Part shown: positions 17,501-24,396 of the stretch, one piece after another
Numbering within the stretch: position 1 is the first letter of the stretch
Layout of the letters: every line of letters starts with the position of its first letter
From: a bacterium
GTDB taxonomy: Bacteria > Sysuimicrobiota > Sysuimicrobiia > Sysuimicrobiales > Humicultoraceae
DNA: 25,086 nucleotides
Assembly (NCBI GenBank): GCA_041497675.1
Contig: JBGQGY010000042.1
Coordinates: 1-25,086 of the forward strand
Reading direction: 5' to 3'
Position numbers and translations under genes: made by a program
The notes under the pieces: generated by a model
Told to the model about the DNA's origin: nothing
Databases searched by the model: none
What the model saw: only the letters and a program-made list of their open reading frames with translations

Positions 17501-17699
17501 GTGAAAACACCACGAGAAAACCGTCGCCTTGATCTTGCAGCTCGTGCCCGCCACCGGCAGCGAACGCTTCGCGAAGCAACCGCCGATGCTGTTCGAAGAC
17601 CTGCGTTGCGCGAGCGTCGCCCAGATGTTGGAGCAGACGTGTCGAACCCTCGACATCGGTGAAGAGGAATGTGACTGTTCCAGATGGGACAGGAGGCAT
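14586..17699 (-). CDS. Class III nucleotide cyclase - STAND ATPase - TPR protein
   Basis: Cyclase motifs VTFLFTDVEGST, GDGF, RVRMGLHSGE and VHRAARI. SFIGRE, Walker A GAGGAGKT, Walker B LLVLDNCEH, RLDGMPLAIELAA, YRLLETVREY. Many TPR-like repeats (GDY.RA..L.EE.L). Confidence 0.92.
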   Translation of the reverse strand: MPPVPSGTVTFLFTDVEGSTRLLQHLGDARATQVFEQHRRLLREAFAAGGGHELQDQGDGFLVVFSRAQEALWTAVAAQRAIDAHAWPDGVRLRVRMGLHSGEPVSTVESYVGVDVHRAARICAAGHGGQVLLSQTTQALVEYYLAAGAGLRDLGFHRFKDLQRPERVYQLLHPDLPADFPPLRSLDHFANNLPLQLTSFIGREREIAEIKQLLVKTRLLTLTGAGGAGKTRLALHVAAEVLDGFSDGVWFVDLGRLSDPVLLAQTAASALGVREEEGGRPLLDTLADFLRTRAVLLVLDNCEHLLESCARLTAGLLRAAPELRILATSREGLGIAGETVYYVPSLSLPGPEQPVSAAEVVHFEAVRLFVERAASRLPGFSVEDRNAPVVVEICRRLDGMPLAIELAAARVNTLAVDQIASRLDDRFRLLTAGDRTALPQHRTLRAVMEWSYQLLSEAEQIMLCRLAVFAGGFTLEAMEAVCGSHELGDLGAIELLARLVDRSLVVTEHGLEVRYRLLETVREYGREKLLASGELPGVRTRHRDWYMALAERAEPEILTGPNQRVWLERLGAEDANLRAALEWSHSGEHSTEVMLRLAGALVWFWFTRGQWNEALEWLRRALSRPDAASSPARAKALYGLALVQWLHGETTEAIELARQSLTMCREFGDKWGMACSIFVLGVVATERGDSDRAVTLLEEGLELFKAVGHPQGIGMAQFYLGHAVSGSDYRRATALWERSLVVLRHAGDKRGLAVVAGALGDTAWLRGDYRRATELYSECAALGRELGYKERIAYSLFGMGGVARTQGDYDRARTLIEESLAIYRQFSWKTGVGLCLRRLGMVALDRGDLAHADTRLQEALELFRALGQKSSVGDSLDALGVLARHRGALDQAVRLHEEALALFSEVRDKLGSASSLMNLGKVAQHRSDPRRAAELYAEALVTRGEFGYTLGVAEGLEALGAVAIDEQRWERAGRLFGAAQEQRDALGAILPPIDRADYDRGLAAVHAALGNAAKVILAEGRVMSLGEAIDCALRETV

Positions 17700-17729
17700 G
17701 GGAAGTCCCCCTCTCCGCGTTTCCGCAGA

Positions 17730-18635
17730 TCACCTCGAGTTCGGCAACGGGGTCAGGATCCGCTCGAGTTGGGCGCGCAGGTGCTCGAACTTCGGCGGCA
17801 GCGACAGCGCTTCACCCAGGCGATCCGCGGGCTCATCGATGGCGAACCCGGGACCGATCGTCGCGATCTCGAACAGCACACCGCTCGGCTCGCCAAAGTA
17901 GATCGATCGGAAGTAGAAGCGCTCGACGATCGGGGTCGGCCGCCCGCCACTCCGCAGCACGCGCTCGCGCCACGCGGCGTGGTCGTCCACCAGCGATGAC
18001 CAGGCGACGTGATGCACGGTACCCGCGCCGCTGACACCGAGGGTCGTGGTCCGGTCGTAGGCGTAGAACGAGCCCCGCCGCTCCCCACGAACTTCGAACT
18101 CTGCGTCCCCGCGGGCGAAGAAACCAAGTGTCTCTTGCAGAAACTGCCGGCTCCGCGCAGGGTCGGCGCTGTACGCGCGGACGCCGTCGAATCCCTGGAG
18201 CGCGAGGTCGGCCGGGATGTCAGGGTGCCGGGCGATGAGCGACGGGTCGGTCGTGTTGACCACGCGCAGTTCGAGTTCGAGTCCTTCCGGATCCTCGAAA
18301 CGAAGACCGGCGGCCTCACCAGTGACGGCGACGCCCTCGCGCGACAAGCGCTCTTGCCAGAACCCGCGCGCCTCCGGCGAGGCAATACGCCACACGATCC
18401 GGTGCACCATACCGGCGCCGGCGCGGCCCCGCTCGACGCCCGGGTATTCGAAGAAGGTCAGATCCGCGCCCGCGCTGCCCTGCTCGTCGGCATAGAAGAG
18501 ATGATACACGGACGGATCGTCCTGATTGACGGTCTTCTTCACCAGACGCAGGCCGAGGACGCGTGTATAGAAGTCGACGTTCCCCGGCGCGTCGCCGGTG
18601 ATGGCGGTGATGTGATGGATGCCCTCGAGGTTCAT
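17730..18635 (-). CDS. VOC-family ring-cleaving dioxygenase (MhqA/MhqO-like)
   Basis: GIHHITAI, LGLRLVKKTVNQDDPSVYHLFY, LTFFEY, GAGTVHHVAW, RFYFRSIYF.EPSGVLFEIAT.GPGF. Confidence 0.92.
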   Translation of the reverse strand: MNLEGIHHITAITGDAPGNVDFYTRVLGLRLVKKTVNQDDPSVYHLFYADEQGSAGADLTFFEYPGVERGRAGAGMVHRIVWRIASPEARGFWQERLSREGVAVTGEAAGLRFEDPEGLELELRVVNTTDPSLIARHPDIPADLALQGFDGVRAYSADPARSRQFLQETLGFFARGDAEFEVRGERRGSFYAYDRTTTLGVSGAGTVHHVAWSSLVDDHAAWRERVLRSGGRPTPIVERFYFRSIYFGEPSGVLFEIATIGPGFAIDEPADRLGEALSLPPKFEHLRAQLERILTPLPNSR

Positions 18636-18657
18636 GGCTTCATTCTATCAGAGAGAC

Positions 18658-19431
18658 TCAACGCAGGCGGATGGCCTCGAGCAAGCCGTGCCAGGTGTCG
18701 CGAATGCCGTTGTCGGTCCACATCAGGAAATGCATCCCCACGATGGCGCCGAGCACCACGGCAGTCTGGACCGGGGTTTCAAAAGGCCGCCAGATGTAGG
18801 CGAAGCCCGACCGGATGAGGGCCCGACCGCCATAGTTCAAGAACAGCATGTTTGTCGCGAGGCCGAAGAGGCCGAGCCTGACCACGTGACGCGGGATCCG
18901 ATAGGCGGCGCGCCGCCCAAGGCGCTGCTCAAGCCGGCTGGTCACCACGAGGACGACCAGCGCAATGATGAACGCGATCACGACAGCACTGCTGTTGACC
19001 GCGCCCGGGAGCTTCGGCAGGCCGCCCTGGAGGAACAAATAGACGCCAACCGCAGTCCCAAGGGTTGCCAGGCCGCTCAGCGGGTAGAGACACACCCACA
19101 GCTGCACGCCGAGGATGATCAGGACGGGCACGAGGAGGCACCCGAGCCCGCCCCCTGTGGTGGTCGTGGTGTCGCCGCTCGGCACTGTCGTGCCTCCGCC
19201 AGACGGCGACCAGCCGCCGCTGGGCGCGGTTGGGCCGCCGGTCGGAAACGTCGGGGCACTCGGGGAAAACGTGCTGCCGCTGCCCGCTGCTGCCTGGCGT
19301 TGAAGTTCGGCGTCGTTCAAGTTCTTGATGGCCTGGCCTTGCTGCCAGGCATCCAGTTGGGACCCGCCGGAGGGCGGAGGGCCGCTTCCGTACCGTCCCG
19401 TCTCCCACGCGTTCCTGTCCTCTTCGCTCAT
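18658..19431 (-). CDS. Hypothetical membrane protein (G/S/P/T-rich linker, about 5 TM segments)
   Basis: AGAGGAG precedes the ATG. Polar N-terminus, then hydrophobic segments. Ends 22 nt before the VOC gene on the same strand. Confidence 0.7.
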   Translation of the reverse strand: MSEEDRNAWETGRYGSGPPPSGGSQLDAWQQGQAIKNLNDAELQRQAAAGSGSTFSPSAPTFPTGGPTAPSGGWSPSGGGTTVPSGDTTTTTGGGLGCLLVPVLIILGVQLWVCLYPLSGLATLGTAVGVYLFLQGGLPKLPGAVNSSAVVIAFIIALVVLVVTSRLEQRLGRRAAYRIPRHVVRLGLFGLATNMLFLNYGGRALIRSGFAYIWRPFETPVQTAVVLGAIVGMHFLMWTDNGIRDTWHGLLEAIRLR

Positions 19432-19581
19432 GACCGGTCTCCTCTGGCATGAACACTACCATGAAGCCTGTGCGGCACCTGCCACAAATCGGCTCGGCAC
19501 CCGATTGCGCGCTGACCCAAACCGCCACACTCTGAGAGATGGTTAGGCAGAGCAGAGTAAGCAGGCCAGGAGGTGGCCAAG

Positions 19582-20076
19582 ATGCTGGCACGGTGGAACC
19601 GCTGGAACCCGTTCGAGGACATCAACATGATGCACCGCGAGATGACGAACGTGTTTGACCGCTTCTTCGGGACCGTGGAGGGTCGGCTCGGTCCCATGAC
19701 TCGCCTGCCCCACTGGTTCCCCAAGGTGGAGGCGTTCTACTATCACAACAATTTGGTTCTGCGAGCCTTCCTCCCGGGCGTCGAACCGAAGAATGTGGAC
19801 GTCTCGGTGAGCGGCAACCTGCTGACCATCAAGGGTGAGCGGAAGCCGGGTTTGGAGATCCCGAAGGAGGACTACCTCTTCTCCGAGGTCTTCTACGGCC
19901 CGTTTGAGCGTACACTCACCCTGCCCGATGGGCTAAAGACCGACAAGGTGAACGCCAAGTACTTCAACGGCGTGCTCGAGATCGCCATCCCGATGGCTGA
20001 GGCGGTGCTCCCCAAGAAGATCGCCGTGGAAGTGGTGCCGCCGGGTGAGAGAATCCTGACTGGCGTGGTCAGGTAG
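19582..20076 (+). CDS. Hsp20/alpha-crystallin small heat-shock protein
   Basis: RWNPFED, LPGVEPKNVDVSVSGNLLTIKGER, YGPFERTLTLP, AKYFNGVLEIAIP. AGGAGG (19568-19573) precedes ATG 19582. Confidence 0.93.
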   Translation: MLARWNRWNPFEDINMMHREMTNVFDRFFGTVEGRLGPMTRLPHWFPKVEAFYYHNNLVLRAFLPGVEPKNVDVSVSGNLLTIKGERKPGLEIPKEDYLFSEVFYGPFERTLTLPDGLKTDKVNAKYFNGVLEIAIPMAEAVLPKKIAVEVVPPGERILTGVVR

Positions 20077-20113
20077 CGAGTCACAGCCGTCCGCCTGCTC
20101 TGTCCGGTAAGGC

Positions 20114-20145
20114 CGCGGGGTAACCGGGGACTCGGTTGCCCCGCG
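20114..20145. terminator. Strong GC-rich hairpin downstream of hsp20 (possible terminator or stabilising stem)
   Basis: CGCGGGGTAACCG-gggact-CGGTTGCCCCGCG is a 13-bp stem with one G-U pair. The U-tract is weak. Confidence 0.45.
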
Positions 20146-20204
20146 TGTCGTTGCGCGTCGGCCCCGAAGGAACCGCAACGCACCCCGCGAAACGGCCAAG
20201 GGAC

Positions 20205-20900
20205 ATGCCGCGGGTGTGGAGTTCTGACGTGGAGTTGTTCCAGGCCGCGCGTGAGAGTCTGTTCACGGCCGTCCTGGGCGACATTCTGGACGCGCTGGGC
20301 TTCTTGCACCAGTTTCTCCCGCCCCACATCAAACCGCTGCGTCAGGACATGGTGGTGGTCGGCCGAGCCATGACGGTCCTCGAGGCCGATTACTTCGGAC
20401 TCAAGGCAGAGCGGTGGCACAACCCGCTCAGTGAGCGCCCGTTTGGCCTCATGCTCGAGGCCCTGGACGATCTCAAGGCGAACGAGGTCTACGTGGCCAC
20501 CGGCGGCTCAGCCCGCTACGCGCTGTGGGGTGAGTTGATGTCGACCCGCGCCGCCCACCTCGGGGCCGCGGGCGCGGTCCTCGACGGCTACTCCCGCGAT
20601 TCGCTCGACATTCTGCGGCTCGGCTTCCCGACGTTCTCGCACGGCGGCTACGCCCAGGATCAGGGCCCTCGTGGAAAAGTCGTGGACTTCCGCATCCCGG
20701 TGGAGATCGGTGGCGTGCGCGTGGAATCCGGAGATATCGTCTTCGGTGACGTCGACGGCGTCCTCGTGGTGCCCAGGGCGGTCGAGCACGATGCGTTTTC
20801 ACAGGCATTGGAGAAGGTGGAAAAGGAGAGCCTGGTGCGGGAAGCGATCGGGAAAGGCATGAGCGCGTCGGAGGCGTTCAAGCGTTACGGGGTCATGTAG
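20205..20900 (+). CDS. RraA-like / 4-hydroxy-4-methyl-2-oxoglutarate aldolase family protein
   Basis: TAVLGDILD, VVGRAMTV, ALWGELMSTRA, GAVLDGYSRD, GDIVFGDVDGVLVVP. AAGGGA precedes ATG 20205. Confidence 0.88.
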   Translation: MPRVWSSDVELFQAARESLFTAVLGDILDALGFLHQFLPPHIKPLRQDMVVVGRAMTVLEADYFGLKAERWHNPLSERPFGLMLEALDDLKANEVYVATGGSARYALWGELMSTRAAHLGAAGAVLDGYSRDSLDILRLGFPTFSHGGYAQDQGPRGKVVDFRIPVEIGGVRVESGDIVFGDVDGVLVVPRAVEHDAFSQALEKVEKESLVREAIGKGMSASEAFKRYGVM

Positions 20901-22116
20901 TCCCCTTCTGCGGCTGTGCCCCGAGCCGTTGTTCCAGTTTCTTGGTGTTCAGTGCAATGATGAGGCCGATCGCGGCCATGTGAAACGTTGCAACTCGTTT
21001 CATTCTTTTCTGGAAGAAGACTCGGGCGGTCACGCGCACGGAGATCCAGGCAAGGACGGCAACGATGCAGAGTCCAAACAACAATACTCCGGACCAGTCG
21101 ACGCTGCCCTGGACGTCCGGCCTGACCTGCCACGCGACGGCCGCGAGGCCCAACCACAAGCCCACCGCCCCCAACGCGGTCGTCGCCAGCCACGGCAGGC
21201 GCGACGCGCGCACGCGGAGCGCGTCCTCGAGTGACGCGAACGGGACGCTCTTTACGGTCGCATGGTTGTAGCCAAGCAGATAGTCGGGGCTGCCGTCGGC
21301 CATGCGTCGCCCATCCCCAACAAAACTGACGATGTGACCCTGCCGCGCCGGAAAGATGCCGCTTGCGAACGCCGCGGTACTCTCGTGCCCGGACAGATTG
21401 CGGATCCACACGCGATCGTACCCACCGGTCGAGTCCGTCTGAATGACGATGCCCGACTCCACTTGGAACTCGAAACGTTTGCCGAGAATGTTGACCGCGC
21501 GGAGACGATCTGATAGCTCCAGCGGGTCATCGGCGGGGCCCGCGCGCGACGCGTGTGCCGGGGAGCCTCCGTCGAAGAACAGGGCGAACGCTGCCGGCAG
21601 CAACGCGACGACCGCAAGGGTGGCCAGCCAGAACGGCAGGGCCCGCGGAAGCAGTCGCAGGATCTCATCCGTCGCGTGCTGCGCCATGGCGCCGATCCTG
21701 ACAGGCGGTCTCAGGGGGCGGTCGGGAGGCACGGCGGCAAGCCGGTACCTGTTGAGCACCGTGCTCTTGAAATTCGGGTCGGAGAGCAACTGGCGGACGC
21801 GCGCGTAGTAGTTCTTGCGGGCGGTGGAGTTGGCGCCCTGTTTGTCGTACCGGTAGTCCACCTCGCCAAACGCCCTGAAGTAGTCGGTGATCCGTTGCGA
21901 GGCCGCCTCGGAGCGCGGTGCCGGCGCCTTCTCCTGGAGTGCAAAGTACAAGATTTGCAGGGCCACACGGCGGCTGGGATCGTCGCCAAAATCCTTTGTG
22001 ACCTGCTGTGGAGTCGGAAAGCGGCCGACGATCCCCCGGCCCTGCGCCGATACCTCCCAAGGCGCAAGGAGCGCGGCGAGGGCAAGGAGCGCGAGAGTCA
22101 AACGGCGACGGCCCAT
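20893..22116 (-). CDS. Hypothetical membrane protein with N-terminal signal peptide
   Basis: MGRRRLTLALLALAALLAPWEVSA signal, a soluble helical domain, one TM, a beta-rich domain, then 2-3 C-terminal TMs. Co-oriented with the adjacent lipoprotein gene. Confidence 0.65.
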   Translation of the reverse strand: MGRRRLTLALLALAALLAPWEVSAQGRGIVGRFPTPQQVTKDFGDDPSRRVALQILYFALQEKAPAPRSEAASQRITDYFRAFGEVDYRYDKQGANSTARKNYYARVRQLLSDPNFKSTVLNRYRLAAVPPDRPLRPPVRIGAMAQHATDEILRLLPRALPFWLATLAVVALLPAAFALFFDGGSPAHASRAGPADDPLELSDRLRAVNILGKRFEFQVESGIVIQTDSTGGYDRVWIRNLSGHESTAAFASGIFPARQGHIVSFVGDGRRMADGSPDYLLGYNHATVKSVPFASLEDALRVRASRLPWLATTALGAVGLWLGLAAVAWQVRPDVQGSVDWSGVLLFGLCIVAVLAWISVRVTARVFFQKRMKRVATFHMAAIGLIIALNTKKLEQRLGAQPQKGTT

Positions 22117-22155
22117 TCAGCGCCACTCAGGCCAAACGGGTAGCGTCGCCGCGAC

Positions 22156-22470
22156 CTACGACTTCTTTGTCAGGGCTCCAATCATGTTCCCGGGCGGTCC
22201 CATGAGCGACCCGTCGGCCTGCTTTGTGAAGGTAATTTTGTCACCCATGTTGCAGTCGAGCGTCAGCGTCTTGGTCCCGTCCGTCGTGTAGGTGCAGTCC
22301 TTCTTCTCACCGGCGAGCGCGAAGGAGCCCTTTCCGCCCGACTTGATCTCAAGAACGACCGAACTGTTTGCATTCGAATACACGCCTACCCACGGATCGC
22401 GGCCGCCGCCGCAACTCGCCGCGAGAAACACTAACACCAGAAGAACCACAATGAGCCTGGACGAGTTCAA
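22156..22470 (-). CDS. Small hypothetical lipoprotein
   Basis: GGAGG precedes the TTG start. Hydrophobic stretch ends in the lipobox LAAS|C. The beta-rich body (WVGVYS, LEIKSGGKG) contains two further Cys. Confidence 0.72.
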   Translation of the reverse strand: MNSSRLIVVLLVLVFLAASCGGGRDPWVGVYSNANSSVVLEIKSGGKGSFALAGEKKDCTYTTDGTKTLTLDCNMGDKITFTKQADGSLMGPPGNMIGALTKKS

Positions 22471-22621
22471 GTATTGTTCCTCCCTTTGTCGTTACTTGCA
22501 TGGCATGGGCATAGATTTCAACCCATCTGGCTCTTTACCTCTGCTGGAGCGCCCTGCTTCACCAGGAGAAGGCAGCAAAGCACGGAAAGAGAAAGGTCTA
22601 TTCATCGAGGAGGTGGTGCCT

Positions 22622-23140
22622 GTGAAGGTCCGGACTCTTGTGACCGCAGCTGTCTTCATTGCGCTCACCTTTGCCGTCACACGATTCACGGCGATCCCAA
22701 TTCCCGCGACCAAAGGCTTCTTCAACCTTGGAGAGGTCGTCATCTATGTGGCGGCTATCGCCCTGGGGCCGATAGTTGGAATGTTGGTCGGCGGGATCGG
22801 GTCGGCGCTCGCCGACGTGGTGGCAGCGCCGCTGTTCGCTCCCTTCACGCTGGTCATCAAGGGGATCGAGGGATATGTGGTCGGCCGGCTGGCAGGCGAA
22901 ACCAGCCGGAGCCGCTTCCGTGCGGCGATCATCGGGGGCGCCTGCATGGTCCTTGGGTACTTTGGCGCTGAGGTGCTCTTCGCCCGCGTGCTGGGCATTG
23001 CGCCGACGCCGACAACCGCTGTCGGCCTTGCGCTCACTGAAGTACCATTCAATATCGTCCAGGTTGCGGTCGGCGTCGCCGTCGCGGTGCCGACATCTGT
23101 CCGCCTCGCGGGAGTGTTGCGTGCGTCTCGTGGGGGGTGA
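22622..23140 (+). CDS. ECF transporter S component (PdxU/HmpT-like)
   Basis: AGGAGG precedes GTG 22622. IPIPATKGFFNLGEVVIY, LGPIVGMLVGGIGSALAD, APFTLVIKGIEG and PFNIVQ are typical S-component motifs. The substrate is inferred only. Confidence 0.85.
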   Translation: MKVRTLVTAAVFIALTFAVTRFTAIPIPATKGFFNLGEVVIYVAAIALGPIVGMLVGGIGSALADVVAAPLFAPFTLVIKGIEGYVVGRLAGETSRSRFRAAIIGGACMVLGYFGAEVLFARVLGIAPTPTTAVGLALTEVPFNIVQVAVGVAVAVPTSVRLAGVLRASRGG

Positions 23141-23218
23141 CACCATCCACGCCGCGGCCAGCACGAGGAAAGGAAGACTACGGCAGGTAGCGCCCCCTAG
23201 ATGCCGCGGATCCGGACT

Positions 23219-24265
23219 CTAACCGGTCCTGCGGTATCCGATGCCCCGGATCCTGACGTGGCGGTCTACCAGATCAACGTCGGCACCCAGGATCTCGCGG
23301 GCCAGCCAGCAATTGGTCTCCACATGTTCGGTGACGGACGGCGCGATGTATTCTGTCGTTCCTTCCGCAAGGGCTCCGTAGATCACCAGTTGATCGGCCG
23401 CATGCCTGTCCACCGTGCCGCCCGATTCCAGGTCGTCCATCAGCCTCCTGGCCACGGTGTGCGCAATGGCCTCGGATGGCCGACCCGGCGTGCCCGCCCC
23501 ATCGGCTCCGAAAATGCACCCGGCATCCGTGCGGGCGAAGACGGCGAGCGCAGCCCCAGGCTGTAGTGCCGTCCGATCGTAGGCCACCTCGATCGAGGCG
23601 TCGAGGCCGTGCGGCGCCAGGTTGCGCCGGCAGCGCTCGGCCATCCGATCGCTCACGCGGCGCCCTTCGAGGTGTGAAGAGAGGGCAACGCCCCACACTC
23701 GTTCGGCCTTCCCCGGGTGGACGAGCGACAGGGGGCGCAGCGGGCCGTCCATGGGCGGGACCTCCATCTCGATGATCCCCCCACCCTTCGGGACGTACCC
23801 GGGCCGCACGATTCGGATTTCCGCCCGCAGTCCCATCCGCTCCAGGAGTGACAGCAGCACGTGCTGCAGGTGGTACGCGGTAGGCGCGAAGTCCTGGAAC
23901 AGGCCTCCCTGCAGTCGGAACGAGCACGGCTCCCGAGCAAAGGCGGCCACGGGCAGCAGCGTCATCGCCAGAAGGGTTGTGGAGCCCGCGGTCCCGATGT
24001 CCCAAAGGTGCGTCCCTCCCCGGATCGGACCGGAGGGGCGGAAGCGCAGGCGCGAAGAGCCCACTCGGGCGCCGTCCAGCTCCGCGCCGACCAGATGAGC
24101 GACCGCTTCGACGGCCTGCAGGTGTTGAGGTCGGAGCCCCGGCTGATCACGCCTGGCCCGGATGTTGGTCAGTGAGAGCTCTTCGCCCAGCAGAGCGGCC
24201 AGAGCGACAGCGCACCGGACGATGGTGCCGCTTCCCGATTTCTGGCTTCCATCAATCGCAAGCAT
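23219..24265 (-). CDS. rtcA: RNA 3'-terminal phosphate cyclase, divergent
   Basis: IDGS...IVR, NIRARRDQPGLRPQH, DIGTAGS, GYVPKGGG, VDRHAADQL, and TEHVETN carrying the catalytic His. Confidence 0.9.
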   Translation of the reverse strand: MLAIDGSQKSGSGTIVRCAVALAALLGEELSLTNIRARRDQPGLRPQHLQAVEAVAHLVGAELDGARVGSSRLRFRPSGPIRGGTHLWDIGTAGSTTLLAMTLLPVAAFAREPCSFRLQGGLFQDFAPTAYHLQHVLLSLLERMGLRAEIRIVRPGYVPKGGGIIEMEVPPMDGPLRPLSLVHPGKAERVWGVALSSHLEGRRVSDRMAERCRRNLAPHGLDASIEVAYDRTALQPGAALAVFARTDAGCIFGADGAGTPGRPSEAIAHTVARRLMDDLESGGTVDRHAADQLVIYGALAEGTTEYIAPSVTEHVETNCWLAREILGADVDLVDRHVRIRGIGYRRTG

Positions 24266-24396
24266 CGGGCTGTTGCGGGATGCTGGTCACCCTTCGGATG
24301 TCGAGATACCCCTTGTTCACCCCATCCCCTTTCGGCCATCAGCAGGCCGGTGATCAAGGCATAGATAGCGAAGCCTCTGTGACTCACAATCTGTTC

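Noticed and set aside
14586..17699. Avs-type antiphage STAND system
   Set aside because: The architecture matches the common cyclase-ATPase-TPR signalling family. There is no nuclease, TIR or SIR2 effector and no defence-island context.
19495..19508. Sigma54-like CGGCAC...TTGC upstream of hsp20
   Set aside because: GG and GC are 9 nt apart instead of the required 10. No CIRCE or ROSE consensus was seen either.
20155..20180. SRP-RNA-like GGCCCCGAAGGAACCGC
   Set aside because: It lacks the conserved CAGG...GGAAGCAG internal loop of SRP domain IV.
24325..24345. Hammerhead-like CTGATGGCCGAAAGG on the minus strand upstream of rtcA
   Set aside because: The core CUGANGA and the downstream GAAA are incomplete, and stem II is too short.
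24378..24388. TGTGA-C-TCACA palindrome resembling a CRP site
   Set aside because: The spacer is 1 nt rather than 6. A single short palindrome is not enough to call an operator.
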